This document shows, piece after piece, positions 41,684 through 52,344 of a stretch of DNA of 64,000 nt; position 1 is the first letter of the stretch, and the number at the start of each line of letters is the position of its first letter. The notes under the pieces were generated by a model that ran no database searches, was not told where the DNA came from, and worked only from the letters and a program-made list of their open reading frames with translations. Location of the stretch: positions 2,016,001 through 2,080,000 of the forward strand of contig CBDAOB010000004.1 in assembly GCA_965197905.1 (NCBI GenBank), read 5' to 3'. The translations under genes and the position numbers were made by a program. This DNA comes from Candidatus Latescibacterota bacterium (GTDB lineage Bacteria; Latescibacterota; UBA2968; UBA8231).

Positions 41684-42580
41684 ATGGCCATACTCCTTCT
41701 ATTTTCAGTCCTTTGCTGCACTCTGAGCGGATGCGAACTCCGCTCAACGGATGCGTTTATAGAGCAGCTTGGTAGCGGAGACTCCAACGTGCGCCAGAAG
41801 GCGGCGATGGAGCTGTTGCGCCGCGGACCCGTGGTCCTTCCCGCGCTCATCCAAGAGTTGGAGTCCGAGCGTTCGCAGGTGCGGTACATCGTGGTGCAGA
41901 TTTTGGGCAAGATATCCGAACCTGAGGCCGTCGACGCCCTTATATCCTCCCTCGACGACCGATCGCCTGAGGTGGCAGGCAAAGCGGCCGAATCTCTTGC
42001 CGAGCACGGCAGTCCGTTGGCGCTGCCGGCTCTACTCGGTTACGCCGACCACACCACGACGCTGCGACGCAGCCGGGCGATCCGGGCTTTGGGATTCTGC
42101 CATTCCTACGAAGAGGAACCGGAGCTCAGCGACTCGGCGCACCGCAGAATAGTCTCGGCGCTCAACGATACGGCGTCCGAGGTCCGCATCGCTGCAATTG
42201 AAGCAGTAAGAGAGTTCGGTTTTAAAGAGGCGGCTCCTCCGCTGATTCGATTGAGTCACGACCCGGCTCCGGAGGTACGGCACGTTGCGGTTCAGGCGTT
42301 GGGCCAGATTTTGACCGGCGTGGCGCCGAACTCGGAACTGGTCGGACCCACGACACGAGACCGGATCTTCACGATTCTCGTTGAAGCGCTGGATGAGCCC
42401 GATTTCAAGAGCATACGAGCCAAGGCGATGCGCGCGCTGGGGCAGATCGGAGATAGGCGGGCGATTCCCCATCTGCAGCGCATGTTGAGCGAGGGAGATG
42501 AGTCGGATCAAAGAGAGGCGGGGTGGGCTCTGGAACAGCTGCAACGAGCAAACGACGCGAGCACAACAATCAACGGTTGA
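41684..42580 (+). CDS. HEAT/PBS-repeat lipoprotein
   Basis: Signal peptide with lipobox LSGC and repeated VR..A..ALG motifs. Confidence 0.82.
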   Translation: MAILLLFSVLCCTLSGCELRSTDAFIEQLGSGDSNVRQKAAMELLRRGPVVLPALIQELESERSQVRYIVVQILGKISEPEAVDALISSLDDRSPEVAGKAAESLAEHGSPLALPALLGYADHTTTLRRSRAIRALGFCHSYEEEPELSDSAHRRIVSALNDTASEVRIAAIEAVREFGFKEAAPPLIRLSHDPAPEVRHVAVQALGQILTGVAPNSELVGPTTRDRIFTILVEALDEPDFKSIRAKAMRALGQIGDRRAIPHLQRMLSEGDESDQREAGWALEQLQRANDASTTING

Positions 42581-43464
42581 TGGCAATGAAGACGCTGAGA
42601 ATCGGGTTTCCTTCGGGAAGTCTCCAAGACTCCACATTTAATCTTTTCGCCAGAGCGGGTTACAAGGTTCGCCTCGCCTCGAGATCCTACGTGCCCCAAA
42701 TCGACGATCCCGAGCTTGAAGGACTCATGTTCCGCAGCCAGGAGATCGCCAAATACGTCGCTCGAGGTGTGGTCGATGTAGGTTTCACCGGCAAAGACTG
42801 GATCATCGAAAACGGTGTCGATGTGGAGGAACTCGGTGAACTCGTCTACAGCAAATCTACCTCGAATCCGGTAAAGTGGGTTATCGCGGTACCAGAAGAC
42901 TCGGAGATAACCTCGGTCGCCGACCTTCAGGGCAAGAGAATAGCCACGGAGCTCGTCGGTGTTACGCGAGCCTACCTCGCTGAACACGGCGTTGATGCGG
43001 AGGTCGAATTTTCATGGGGGACCACCGAGGCGAAGCCCGGCATTCCCGGGCTTGTCGATGCCATCGTCGAACTCACGGAGACAGGATCGTCTTTGCGAGC
43101 AAACCGTCTGCGTATCATCGACACCCTGTTTGAGTCGACCACGCGGTTCATCGCCAACAAGCAGTCGTGGACGGACTCCTGGAAGAGAGAGAAAGCGAAG
43201 AATCTCCTGCTTCTGGTTCGCGGTGCGTTGGAGGCAGAAGCGAAAGTTGGTTTGAAGATGAATGTCCCGCGAACAAAGTTGGACACGCTGATCGCTGCGC
43301 TGCCGGCTCTGCACACCCCGACTATCTCGAATCAACTTGATGACGATTGGGTGGCGCTGGAGATCATTACCGATGAGAAGGTCGTGCGCGAGTTGATCCC
43401 CCAGCTCAAGAAAAGTGGGGCCGAGGGGATCATCGAGTATCCGTTGAACAAAGTTGTCTTTTGA
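42580..43464 (+). CDS. hisG: ATP phosphoribosyltransferase, long form
   Basis: PSGSL, GFTGKDW, SWGTTE, ELTETGSSLRAN and a C-terminal regulatory domain. Start is ATG 42580 or 42586. Confidence 0.95.
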   Translation: MAMKTLRIGFPSGSLQDSTFNLFARAGYKVRLASRSYVPQIDDPELEGLMFRSQEIAKYVARGVVDVGFTGKDWIIENGVDVEELGELVYSKSTSNPVKWVIAVPEDSEITSVADLQGKRIATELVGVTRAYLAEHGVDAEVEFSWGTTEAKPGIPGLVDAIVELTETGSSLRANRLRIIDTLFESTTRFIANKQSWTDSWKREKAKNLLLLVRGALEAEAKVGLKMNVPRTKLDTLIAALPALHTPTISNQLDDDWVALEIITDEKVVRELIPQLKKSGAEGIIEYPLNKVVF

Positions 43465-44774
43465 TGATCGAAATCCTCGAGTTTCCCGCCGAGCAGATGC
43501 CGCCCAAACTGGCGGCCATTCTCGACCGCAGGAGCGGTTTTTCAGAAGAGGTTCAAACGTCTGTTCACGAGATCTTGGTCAATGTTCGCGCCCGTGGCGA
43601 CGAGGCGGTAGGCGAGTACACCCAAACGTTCGACTGCGTCGAGGTGGAGGTGGGGGGATTTCGCGTTCCGTCCGTTGAGCTGGAGCGGGCGGCCGCTCGG
43701 ATGGATCCCAAGCTAACGAAGGCGTTGGAGGAAGCGAGGGATAACATACGCCGCTTTCACGAGCGTCAACTGGAAAAATCCTGGTTTGTAGAGGACGGCG
43801 ACGGCGTTATTCTGGGAAAGAAAGTCACCCCGATTGGACGAGTGGGAATCTGTGTGCCGGGGGGCCAGGCGCCCCTGATCTCGACCCTGTTGATGACCGC
43901 CATTCCCGCTCAGGTTGCCGGCGTTGAAGAGATTTGCGCCGTATCCCCACCTCGCGATGGTCAATTTCCCCACCCCGATATTCTCGGTGCGGCGCATCTT
44001 TTGGGTTTGACCGAGGTTTATGGCATTGGAGGTGCCCAGGCCGTGGGCGCGCTGGCATACGGTACCCAGTCAGTAGCCGCCGTCGACAAGATCGTCGGAC
44101 CCGGCAACGCCTACACCGTCGCTGCCAAGAAGCAAGTGTACGGCATCGTAGGAATCGAAATGATGCCCGGCCCCTCGGAAATCGTCGTGCTGACCGATGG
44201 CAGCGGAGATCCCCGCTTCATCGCCGCCGACCTGCTAGCCCAGGCCGAGCACGGTTCAGGCATGGAGGCGACGATCTGTGTGACCACCAGTGCCGAGTTG
44301 GGCAAGCAAGTGCAACAGCAGATCGAGGAGCAGCTAGGCAACCTTTCCGCGCCCGAAAGGATGACCACCGCACTCGACGCGTACGGCGCCATAATCGTTG
44401 TCCCCGAGCTGCAACACGGTCTCGATCTCGTAAACCGTCTCGCCCCCGAACACGTTGAACTCATGGTCGATGACCCGTGGGTCTGTCTTGAAGGGATCAA
44501 GAATGCCGGAGCTGTTTTCCTGGGAGACGCCTCTCCGGAATCGGTGGGGGATTATTACGCCGGCACGAATCACGTAATTCCCACCAACGGGGCCGCCCGT
44601 TACTCCTCTTCCCTGGGGGTAGGTGATTTCGTCAAGACAACCAGCGTCGTCGCCTATACCCAGCAACGGTTGGATCGTGTCGGCGATTCCATTATCCGTT
44701 TGGCCCGCGCCGAGAATCTGGAGGCTCACGCTGCCTCAGTGGAGCTTCGAATGAACGGTCAGGAGCGCAGCTGA
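43464..44774 (+). CDS. hisD: Histidinol dehydrogenase
   Basis: GGAQAV, KIVGPGN, GPSE, QAEH, APEH and GDYYAGTNHV. Confidence 0.96.
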   Translation: MIEILEFPAEQMPPKLAAILDRRSGFSEEVQTSVHEILVNVRARGDEAVGEYTQTFDCVEVEVGGFRVPSVELERAAARMDPKLTKALEEARDNIRRFHERQLEKSWFVEDGDGVILGKKVTPIGRVGICVPGGQAPLISTLLMTAIPAQVAGVEEICAVSPPRDGQFPHPDILGAAHLLGLTEVYGIGGAQAVGALAYGTQSVAAVDKIVGPGNAYTVAAKKQVYGIVGIEMMPGPSEIVVLTDGSGDPRFIAADLLAQAEHGSGMEATICVTTSAELGKQVQQQIEEQLGNLSAPERMTTALDAYGAIIVVPELQHGLDLVNRLAPEHVELMVDDPWVCLEGIKNAGAVFLGDASPESVGDYYAGTNHVIPTNGAARYSSSLGVGDFVKTTSVVAYTQQRLDRVGDSIIRLARAENLEAHAASVELRMNGQERS

Positions 44775-45370
44775 TGACTTCAAACCAAAGATCTGCCTCC
44801 ATTCGCCGCGAGACTTCTGAGACCGCCATTCAGCTGGATCTCAATCTCGATGGCAGCGGCCAGGGTGACAGCCAAACAGGAATCGGATTCTTCGACCACA
44901 TGCTTGCCGCGTTTTCGCGTCACGGCCTTTTCGACCTGCGGGTCCGGTGCGACGGGGATTTGGAGATCGACGCACACCATACAGTGGAGGATGTCGGCAT
45001 TTGCCTGGGGAAGGCAATCGAAGACGCTTTAGGCGACAAAGCCGGTATTGAACGTTTCGGTTCCAGCTACGTTCCGATGGACGAGGCGTTGGCCCGAGCG
45101 GTCGTCGACCTGTCCGGAAGGCCGTATTTGGCCATGAACGCGGTATTCCAGGACACCCAGGTGGGTGAGCTTCCCGTAACTCTGGTGCGCGAGTTTTTCC
45201 GGGCCGTCGCCGACCATGGCAGAGTCACCCTCCATCTCGATCTATTGCGTTGCACCAACGATCATCATGGCATCGAGGCCATCTTCAAGGCATGCAGTCG
45301 GTCTCTGGATGTGGCGACTCGCCGATCCGATCGCGTGCAGGGGATTCCATCCACCAAGGGAAGCCTGTAG
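44774..45370 (+). CDS. hisB: Imidazoleglycerol-phosphate dehydratase
   Basis: GIGFFDHML, DAHHTVED, NDHHGIE and PSTKG. Confidence 0.96.
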   Translation: MTSNQRSASIRRETSETAIQLDLNLDGSGQGDSQTGIGFFDHMLAAFSRHGLFDLRVRCDGDLEIDAHHTVEDVGICLGKAIEDALGDKAGIERFGSSYVPMDEALARAVVDLSGRPYLAMNAVFQDTQVGELPVTLVREFFRAVADHGRVTLHLDLLRCTNDHHGIEAIFKACSRSLDVATRRSDRVQGIPSTKGSL

Positions 45371-45399
45371 ATCGCACCAACCCAGCCAGGCAGCTCCAG

Positions 45400-46527
45400 A
45401 TGAAGATCTGTCATCTCATCTACGATGACGTCAACAATCCCTGGCTCGGGGGTGGTGGGGCAGTGCGCGCCTGGGAAATCTATCGCAGACTGGCCGCCGA
45501 TCACGAGATCACCCTCGTGACGGGCAAGTTTCCCGGAGGCGGCGACGAACAGCGGATAGACGGGGTTCGAATTCTCAGGGTCGGCAGCGACAAGAGTTAT
45601 TCTCGCAGCCGCCTGGCCTACTGCCGGCAGGCGGTTGGTCGTCTTCGATCACTCGAGTGGGATGTGTGGGTCCACGAATTTTCCGCCTTCGCTCCGTTGC
45701 GCGTGCCTCCTAAACTGAGAGATCTAAGCATCCTGTTTTTCTATCACTTTGTGGGTGCCCACGCGCTCCGTAAACATCCTCTTGTCGGTGCGATTTCCTG
45801 GCTGGCTGAATACCGAACCCTGCGCAGCTACCGGCGCATCCTTACGATTTCACCCAGCATGCAGGAAACGGTCAAGGCCAAACTGGGCCGGCGTAGCGTC
45901 GACCTTTCGTGCGAGTACACGGGAATCGACTCGCGCTATTTCGAGCTGAATCCGGAGGAGAAGGGCTACCTTCTCTACCTTGGTCGGACCGATATCCACA
46001 CCAAGGGACTCGACGTGCTGGTGCGCTCTTTTGCGCGAATCGCGCCGGACTACCCCGGCCTCACACTGAAGATGGCGGGGCGCGGGACCCATCAAACGAC
46101 GAGGGCGCTAGAGAAGTTGATCTCCGAGGCCAACGTCGGTGACCGCGTTGAGCTCGAAGGCGCTGTCGACGACCGCCGCAAGGGCGAGCTCCTGCGGCGA
46201 GCGATGTTCGTCTGCGCCCCGTCGAGGTACGAAGGTTGGTGTATTGTTGCCGTCGAGGCGGCTGCCTGCGGCAAGGCGGTGTTGGGCACCCGAATTGACG
46301 GGCTGCGAGACGCCGTGCGTGAGGACGAAACGGGGGTGCTGGTCAAATCGGGAGATGTTGCCGAGCTGGAGACGGGGATGCGACGATTGCTCGACGACGT
46401 GGATCTTCGCAACGCCTGCGGGCGTCGGGGGCGGGAATGGGCTCGTCGCTTCGATTGGGACAGTATCGCCCAACGACAGGGAGCGATACTTGAATCAGCT
46501 GCCGACGAGAATCGTAGCGTGCCGTAG
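45400..46527 (+). CDS. Glycosyltransferase family 4
   Basis: GGGGA, LGR...KGLD and PSRYEGWCIVAVEA. Confidence 0.9.
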   Translation: MKICHLIYDDVNNPWLGGGGAVRAWEIYRRLAADHEITLVTGKFPGGGDEQRIDGVRILRVGSDKSYSRSRLAYCRQAVGRLRSLEWDVWVHEFSAFAPLRVPPKLRDLSILFFYHFVGAHALRKHPLVGAISWLAEYRTLRSYRRILTISPSMQETVKAKLGRRSVDLSCEYTGIDSRYFELNPEEKGYLLYLGRTDIHTKGLDVLVRSFARIAPDYPGLTLKMAGRGTHQTTRALEKLISEANVGDRVELEGAVDDRRKGELLRRAMFVCAPSRYEGWCIVAVEAAACGKAVLGTRIDGLRDAVREDETGVLVKSGDVAELETGMRRLLDDVDLRNACGRRGREWARRFDWDSIAQRQGAILESAADENRSVP

Positions 46528-46586
46528 GACAACGTTCGTGCAGCAAGGGACGGCGAGAACATCCGACTTGATTCTTCGATTCGAAA

Positions 46587-49088
46587 ATGGCAAAAAAACG
46601 CAAACCCAAAACGACTGATTCAGAGGAACCGGTAGGCGAGGCCACCCATTTCTGGCAGGCGACATGGTTTCCGGCAATCCTGTTCCTTCTGGTCAGTCTG
46701 GCCTACTTCTCCGAGTTCGTTCTTTCCGAGAAGGTGATCTACGGTTCGGACATCGGCGAAGACTTTCACAAGGGGAAAGAGGGGTTTTTCGAGAAGCTGT
46801 CGAAGATCCCTCAACCCATGTGGCACCAACAGATGGGCGGTTTCCCGCAATCGGACGAGATCCGCCCACAGTATTTCCCGTCGCACCTGATCTATCTTTT
46901 TACCACCTACCAGCGCCATATCGGATGGCGCTACATCCTCACGGTTTTCCTGGCCGCTTGCGGCATGTATCTCTACCTGAGGGGAATCGGAGTCAGTCGC
47001 TGGGCGGCGATCTGGTGCGGCATCGCCTATATGTCCGCGCCAACCCTCCTCGCCTTTACCTATGCCGGCCACTACGCCAAGATGGCGGTAATCGCCTTGT
47101 TCCCGTTCATGTGCCATTTCCTCGATCGGGGCATGAATTCCGGACGTCTCCGACATTTCCTGGCGCTGGGAATCATGATCGCACTGGGGATCTATTCGCC
47201 ACACACCCAGATGGTGTTCTATGCGTTGTGCGCCCTGGGTCTCTACTTCCTTTTCCGCGCCGGTCTGCATTACCGGTGCGAAGGGGAATGGAAGCCGATT
47301 CTCCAACGCACCGGACTGTTCGCCGTCGCCATCGCCGTCGGTCTTGGTCTAGGTGCGGAAGGGTTCCTCCCGTCCTATCTGCACGCCAAGCAAGATTCGA
47401 AGCGTGCTGCCGAATCGGGAGGTCCGGCGAAATCCGCTGACGAGCAGCTTGCTTTCGCCCGCAGCTGGTCTCTGCATCCGGAGGAAGTGGGTTCGCTGGT
47501 CGTCCCGGAGTTCGGCGGATTCTTCGACCCGAAGTCCAGGTCCAACTACTACTGGGGACGCAACTATGCGAAACTCAATTCTGAGTATTTCGGGGTGCTC
47601 GTCCTGATCCTGGCAGTGGCGATGGGGCCGTCGTTGAAACGAAATCCTCTGGTAGCATTCATGGCCGGCCTGTTGCTGTTGGTGTTGGCGTTTGCCCTGG
47701 GCGAGCACACCCCTGTTCACTGGCTCGCCTACCACCTCATTCCAGGATTTAACGTTCTGCGCACGATCGGAATGAGTGCATTCCTGTGTGCTTTTGCGGC
47801 CTGTGCCCTCGCCGCTTTCGCGTTGGACCGCCTGTTGAAGGACGATCCGGAGCCGCAGACCCAAAAACACGTCCTGATAGCCGGTTCATCGATTACCGCC
47901 ACTGCTCTGCTACTTGCGCTGGCGCCCGAAGGCATGACCGGTCTTTGGAAAGCGCTGGTTTATCCGGAAATCACCGCGGACAAGGAGCAGGTCCTGCAAC
48001 TGAGTTATGGTTGGCTTGCGCGCGGCGCCCTTTTCGTGACACTGGTGGCCGGATGCGGCACGCTGCTTTTGTATCTGCGGACCAAACAGATCATCGGCAC
48101 CGCGCTGCTCGTGGTTGTCTTGAGCGGGCTGGCGATCTTCGATGGCTGGCGCATAAGCCGGATCTTTCTGAAGTACGAAGATCCCCGGCGCTACGCCGAT
48201 ATCCGGACCGAAAACCGAGAGCTGCGGAGTCTGCTCAATAGCCGCTCCGAACCTTACCGAGTCCTTCCGCTGCCCGACTACGACCTCTTGAGCCAGCCCG
48301 GATTCGGGCTCCACGAGGTCAACATGGTGACTGGATTCCACAATTTTACGTTGCAGCGATATGATCGGCTCCTAAGGTACTTCCTCCCTACGACCGATCT
48401 GTTCCGCCGGAAGTATTACGCCGGTCAGAAGGTTCGCTACAGCAACGAAGAACTGGTCAACACCCTGCAACCGCTACTGAATTTCACCAACGTCCGATAC
48501 ATCGTTTGCCGTAGAGACGTCGCGATCAACTCCGAGTTTTACCCTGAGATATACGCCGATCGAAGATTCAGGGTTTACGAGAACCCCGCGGCATTGCCCT
48601 GGTTCTATCTGGTCCCCGCCTATCGCGTAGAGACGGAGGGCCACCGAATCGTCGAGCAGCTGGTGACGGGCACCGTGGATCCCCGGCGCGAGGTTGTTCT
48701 CGAGCAGGAGGTGCCATCCTTCGAGCAAGGTTTGACGCTCGACCCCGGGGACGATCTCATCCAAACCAGGGATTACGACCCGCAAGGGGGCCGGATTGTC
48801 CTCGATGTCGAATGCCGGAGCCCACGCATACTCGTCATATCGGACAACTTCCATCCGAATTGGCGGGCACAGATCGACGGCGAAGACGCCCCAATACTCC
48901 GCGCCAACTACGTATGGAAGGCGATCTACGTTCCCGCTGGACACCATACCGTCCAACTGACCTACCGCTCAGACGTTCTCGTCGTCTCCCGGATTATCAG
49001 TGCTACGACCCTCTTGCTGCTTGGAGGGTTCGGAATTTTTGAGATTCGACGTTACCGCCGAGTGGAAACAACCGGTTTGCCGGCATGA
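46587..49088 (+). CDS. YfhO-like membrane protein (GT-C related)
   Basis: Many TM helices, SWSLHPEE, YENPAALPW, and C-terminal SDNFHPNWRAQIDG...AIYVPAGHHTVQLTY. Confidence 0.8.
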   Translation: MAKKRKPKTTDSEEPVGEATHFWQATWFPAILFLLVSLAYFSEFVLSEKVIYGSDIGEDFHKGKEGFFEKLSKIPQPMWHQQMGGFPQSDEIRPQYFPSHLIYLFTTYQRHIGWRYILTVFLAACGMYLYLRGIGVSRWAAIWCGIAYMSAPTLLAFTYAGHYAKMAVIALFPFMCHFLDRGMNSGRLRHFLALGIMIALGIYSPHTQMVFYALCALGLYFLFRAGLHYRCEGEWKPILQRTGLFAVAIAVGLGLGAEGFLPSYLHAKQDSKRAAESGGPAKSADEQLAFARSWSLHPEEVGSLVVPEFGGFFDPKSRSNYYWGRNYAKLNSEYFGVLVLILAVAMGPSLKRNPLVAFMAGLLLLVLAFALGEHTPVHWLAYHLIPGFNVLRTIGMSAFLCAFAACALAAFALDRLLKDDPEPQTQKHVLIAGSSITATALLLALAPEGMTGLWKALVYPEITADKEQVLQLSYGWLARGALFVTLVAGCGTLLLYLRTKQIIGTALLVVVLSGLAIFDGWRISRIFLKYEDPRRYADIRTENRELRSLLNSRSEPYRVLPLPDYDLLSQPGFGLHEVNMVTGFHNFTLQRYDRLLRYFLPTTDLFRRKYYAGQKVRYSNEELVNTLQPLLNFTNVRYIVCRRDVAINSEFYPEIYADRRFRVYENPAALPWFYLVPAYRVETEGHRIVEQLVTGTVDPRREVVLEQEVPSFEQGLTLDPGDDLIQTRDYDPQGGRIVLDVECRSPRILVISDNFHPNWRAQIDGEDAPILRANYVWKAIYVPAGHHTVQLTYRSDVLVVSRIISATTLLLLGGFGIFEIRRYRRVETTGLPA

Positions 49089-50572
49089 TCGGCGCCGCCA
49101 AGATCGTCAGGGGGTTCTTCTATACCCTTGGGGGCGGGTACGCGGCGCGGCTGAGCAGCGTACTGCTCACCGTCCTGATAACCCGCGAGCTCGGACCGAG
49201 CCGATTCACCGATGTCGTGGTCGGCGTAACCGTCTTCACCGTAGTTTCGAGCCTGCGCGAATTCGGTTTGATGCACGCCTTGCTGCACTTCCAGAACAAG
49301 ATCAGCGAGTTCCTGGGCACCCACTTTCTGCTGAACATCCTGTTGACCGCCGGCTCTACCTTGGTGAACAGCGTGCTGGCTTGGTTGTTGTTGGCGATCT
49401 TTCCGTCGCATTTCTCTCTCACATCCGCGTTGGTGGTATGGGTGTTCTCCGGCTTGAACCTGATCCGCAACGTGACCCTCACGTCCGAAGGTCTTCTGCG
49501 CATGGAGTTCGAATTCGGCCGCTTGGCGCTCTTCCACGGTGTCGGCACCATCCTCGCATTATCGTCCACGCTCCTTGCCGCGAAAGCAGGGTGGGAGGCA
49601 TCGAGCCTGATTCTTGGAGGCTGGTCCACCTTCTCCGTCCTGAGCGTCGTGTACGTGTTGTTCTTCTCAACGGCGACGTTATTGACCCGGCCGCTCGCAC
49701 TAGCCCAGCTGAATTTCGATTCGGCCTGGGCACGGCGTCTTCTGGCGTATGGGATATGGATTTGGATCGGCTGGGTGCTGCAAACTTTCATGTTGTGGTA
49801 CGACCGCCTGGTAATCTGGTGGGTGCTGGGCAAGGTCGATATGGCGCTTTACAATCACGCCATGTGGCTCGTCCAGATTCCGACGGCCGTCATCTCGCAC
49901 ATCATCTTTAGCTATACGAACGCTTTGTACTCGCGCTACAAAGACGATCGCGAGCATCTAGGTGAACTGTTCGGGAGAATGCTCCGGATAATCGTCCGCA
50001 TTTCTTCTCCGCTGGCACTGATTTTCGTTCTGAACGCGCATGAGTTGATGAGCCTCATGCCCAAATGGATCCACGCGGCCCCCATGGTCGTTTGGTTGGC
50101 CACGTTCGCGTTTGTGCGTCCACTCCTGGATGAAGGATTCGGTCTGCTGTGGGCGGTCGGCGCGACCCGGGTCTCCGCCGCGATCGTCGCGATTCAGGCG
50201 GCCCTGGCTTTGGTAGTGCTGCCGTCGTGCGCCGCAACGTGGGGTGTCGCCGGCGTCGCCTACGGCATGGGTGCGGTGACCCTGGTTGGTTTGATCGGGC
50301 TGATTACGGTCGTCCGCAGATTCCTGAAACTCGACTTGAAAAGTGTGTTTGTCGTGCCCGCACTCAGTTTGGGACTTGCAGCCCTCGCTGGCATTACCCT
50401 ATCCGGGCACTCACCCGAGTGGCCCTTCTTCGATTTCGTCGCTAAGGTTTGCTCGATATCGCTGGTATATGTGGCCGTGCTTGGAACGTTAGAACGCAAA
50501 GGCATCCGTGAGGGTTTTGAGCAACTGAAGCTGATCCTAGGACGTCCCCTTCAACCCCCGAACGAGAAATGA
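49085..50572 (+). CDS. Oligosaccharide flippase (Wzx/MOP family)
   Basis: ITRELGP..F, about 12-14 TM helices, and the YDRLVI...ALYNHA pattern. Confidence 0.82.
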   Translation: MIGAAKIVRGFFYTLGGGYAARLSSVLLTVLITRELGPSRFTDVVVGVTVFTVVSSLREFGLMHALLHFQNKISEFLGTHFLLNILLTAGSTLVNSVLAWLLLAIFPSHFSLTSALVVWVFSGLNLIRNVTLTSEGLLRMEFEFGRLALFHGVGTILALSSTLLAAKAGWEASSLILGGWSTFSVLSVVYVLFFSTATLLTRPLALAQLNFDSAWARRLLAYGIWIWIGWVLQTFMLWYDRLVIWWVLGKVDMALYNHAMWLVQIPTAVISHIIFSYTNALYSRYKDDREHLGELFGRMLRIIVRISSPLALIFVLNAHELMSLMPKWIHAAPMVVWLATFAFVRPLLDEGFGLLWAVGATRVSAAIVAIQAALALVVLPSCAATWGVAGVAYGMGAVTLVGLIGLITVVRRFLKLDLKSVFVVPALSLGLAALAGITLSGHSPEWPFFDFVAKVCSISLVYVAVLGTLERKGIREGFEQLKLILGRPLQPPNEK

Positions 50573-51216
50573 AGGGTTCCGAACTCCACACGCCTGGACA
50601 AGCGTATTACGCGCACACACGGCTTGAACTCATCTCGTTGCTGGACGGGGTTCCGGAAACCGTTCTCGAGGTCGGATGCGGGCGCGGCAATACCCTTCGC
50701 TATCTGAAGGGCCAGGGTGCCAGAGAGACCTTCGGGATCGAGCTGAACAGCAAGGTCGCGGAGGAAGCGATCGGCCAGGTGGATCACGTTGCCATTGGCG
50801 ACGTTGAATCGATGGAGTGGCCGTTTCCCGGCGCGCGGTTTGACTGCATCATTCTTGGTGATGTCTTGGAGCACCTCCGCGATCCTTGGGGTGTGGTAGA
50901 AACCCTCAAGGAATTACTTCGCGACGGTGGCCAGCTTGTTGCCAGCCTTCCCAACGTGCGTTTTTACGGGGTCTCCCTTCCGCTTCTCCTGAGAGGCAAG
51001 TGGACCTATACCGAGGAAGGAATTCTCGACCGCACGCATCTGCGATTTTTCACCCGCGGAAGCGCCATCCAACTATTTTCCGGAGCGGGGCTAAGGGTTC
51101 ATCACGTCGCTTCCACCTATGGTCCGAAGCGGCGCCTGTTCAACCTGTTGACTCTGGGCATCTTCCGAAATCACCTCGCCCGTCAGCACTTGATTCATGC
51201 GTACAAAGCCGAGTAA
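50569..51216 (+). CDS. Class I SAM-dependent methyltransferase (glycan associated)
   Basis: LEVGCGRG, DVLEHLRDP and GILDRTHLRFFT. Confidence 0.88.
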   Translation: MKGSELHTPGQAYYAHTRLELISLLDGVPETVLEVGCGRGNTLRYLKGQGARETFGIELNSKVAEEAIGQVDHVAIGDVESMEWPFPGARFDCIILGDVLEHLRDPWGVVETLKELLRDGGQLVASLPNVRFYGVSLPLLLRGKWTYTEEGILDRTHLRFFTRGSAIQLFSGAGLRVHHVASTYGPKRRLFNLLTLGIFRNHLARQHLIHAYKAE

Positions 51217-51255
51217 CGAGAAACCGACTTGCCATTCTAGTGAATCTGCTGAGTT

Positions 51256-52056
51256 GTGGAAGCCCACAGTAATCCGATGATGCGCCCAACGCCGCGACTG
51301 ACCATTGTTATTGTCAGCTACAACACCTGCGACTGGTTGCAGAGATGCCTCCAGTCTGTAAGCCGGCAAGACGGTGTCGATGAGGTTGAGGTGATCGTCG
51401 TCGACAACGCGTCAAGCGATGGCAGCGGGGGAATGGTCCGCGAAGAATTTCCGCAGTTCGATCTGGTGCCGCTTGACTCGAATGCGGGATTCAGTAGAGC
51501 GAATAATTTGGGCGCTGCCCGCGGTGTTGCACCGATACTCCTTTTCTTGAACCCCGATACCGAGGTGCTCGACGGTTCCCTGGGAGCGATGCTTGCCCAC
51601 CTGGAATCGAACTCCCACTGGGATGTTGCCGGAGGCTTGGTCTACAATGAGGCCGGCGGAGTCGAGCGTTCCACAGGATCGTGGCCCACCTTATGGAGCC
51701 GAATCCTTGATGTATCGTTGGATTATGCGCCGCGGCGGATCGTAGATGCGTTAGAGTATAGGGCACACCGCAACCGAAAATTCGACTCCACGAGGAGGGT
51801 AGATTGGGTAACAGGGGCTTATCTGTGGATCCTCAGATCGGCCTTTGAGCAAATAGACGGGTTCGATCCGGACTTTTTCTACTACGACGACGTCGATCTC
51901 TGTTATCGGGTCCGAAAATCCGGCGGAACGGTATGGTTCATGTCTGCTGCCCCCATCATGCATTATAAGAATAAAGCCCCGGTTTCCTCGCGAGCACGGA
52001 AGGAAGCGCGAGTGAGGTCGATGAAAGCGTTCAAGAACAAACACTTCAGCATCTGA
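51256..52056 (+). CDS. Glycosyltransferase family 2 (WbbL/rhamnosyltransferase-like)
   Basis: IVSYN, VDNASSDG, GFSRANN, LNPD and DDVDLCYR. The start may be ATG 51277. Confidence 0.88.
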   Translation: MEAHSNPMMRPTPRLTIVIVSYNTCDWLQRCLQSVSRQDGVDEVEVIVVDNASSDGSGGMVREEFPQFDLVPLDSNAGFSRANNLGAARGVAPILLFLNPDTEVLDGSLGAMLAHLESNSHWDVAGGLVYNEAGGVERSTGSWPTLWSRILDVSLDYAPRRIVDALEYRAHRNRKFDSTRRVDWVTGAYLWILRSAFEQIDGFDPDFFYYDDVDLCYRVRKSGGTVWFMSAAPIMHYKNKAPVSSRARKEARVRSMKAFKNKHFSI

Positions 52057-52316
52057 TGTGCCACCCGTACGGTGCGTAAGCATTTGAAAGAGTTATGCTA
52101 AAATCCTGGAAGAGTTGGCTCCCTTTTCGACGGGAGGGAATGTCCCCCACGGATTTCTCCTGGTTGCCAAGATACTTTTTCCTTATGTTACAGCGTGTGA
52201 TTTGAGTTACTGTGGGCAACACCTGGTCGAGCTTGCCTTCATTCGGTTGGGAAACCGCGTATCTCGCAAGGGTGTGGACGGCTTAATTTTACTCCATTTT
52301 CGCGGGTAAAAAATGC

Positions 52317-52344
52317 TTGACACTCGTTTTTTTTGGAGTATATT
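52317..52344 (+). promoter_or_regulatory. Sigma70-type promoter of the large secreted protein gene
   Basis: TTGACA-N16 (containing T8)-TATATT in an AT-rich intergenic region. Confidence 0.65.
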
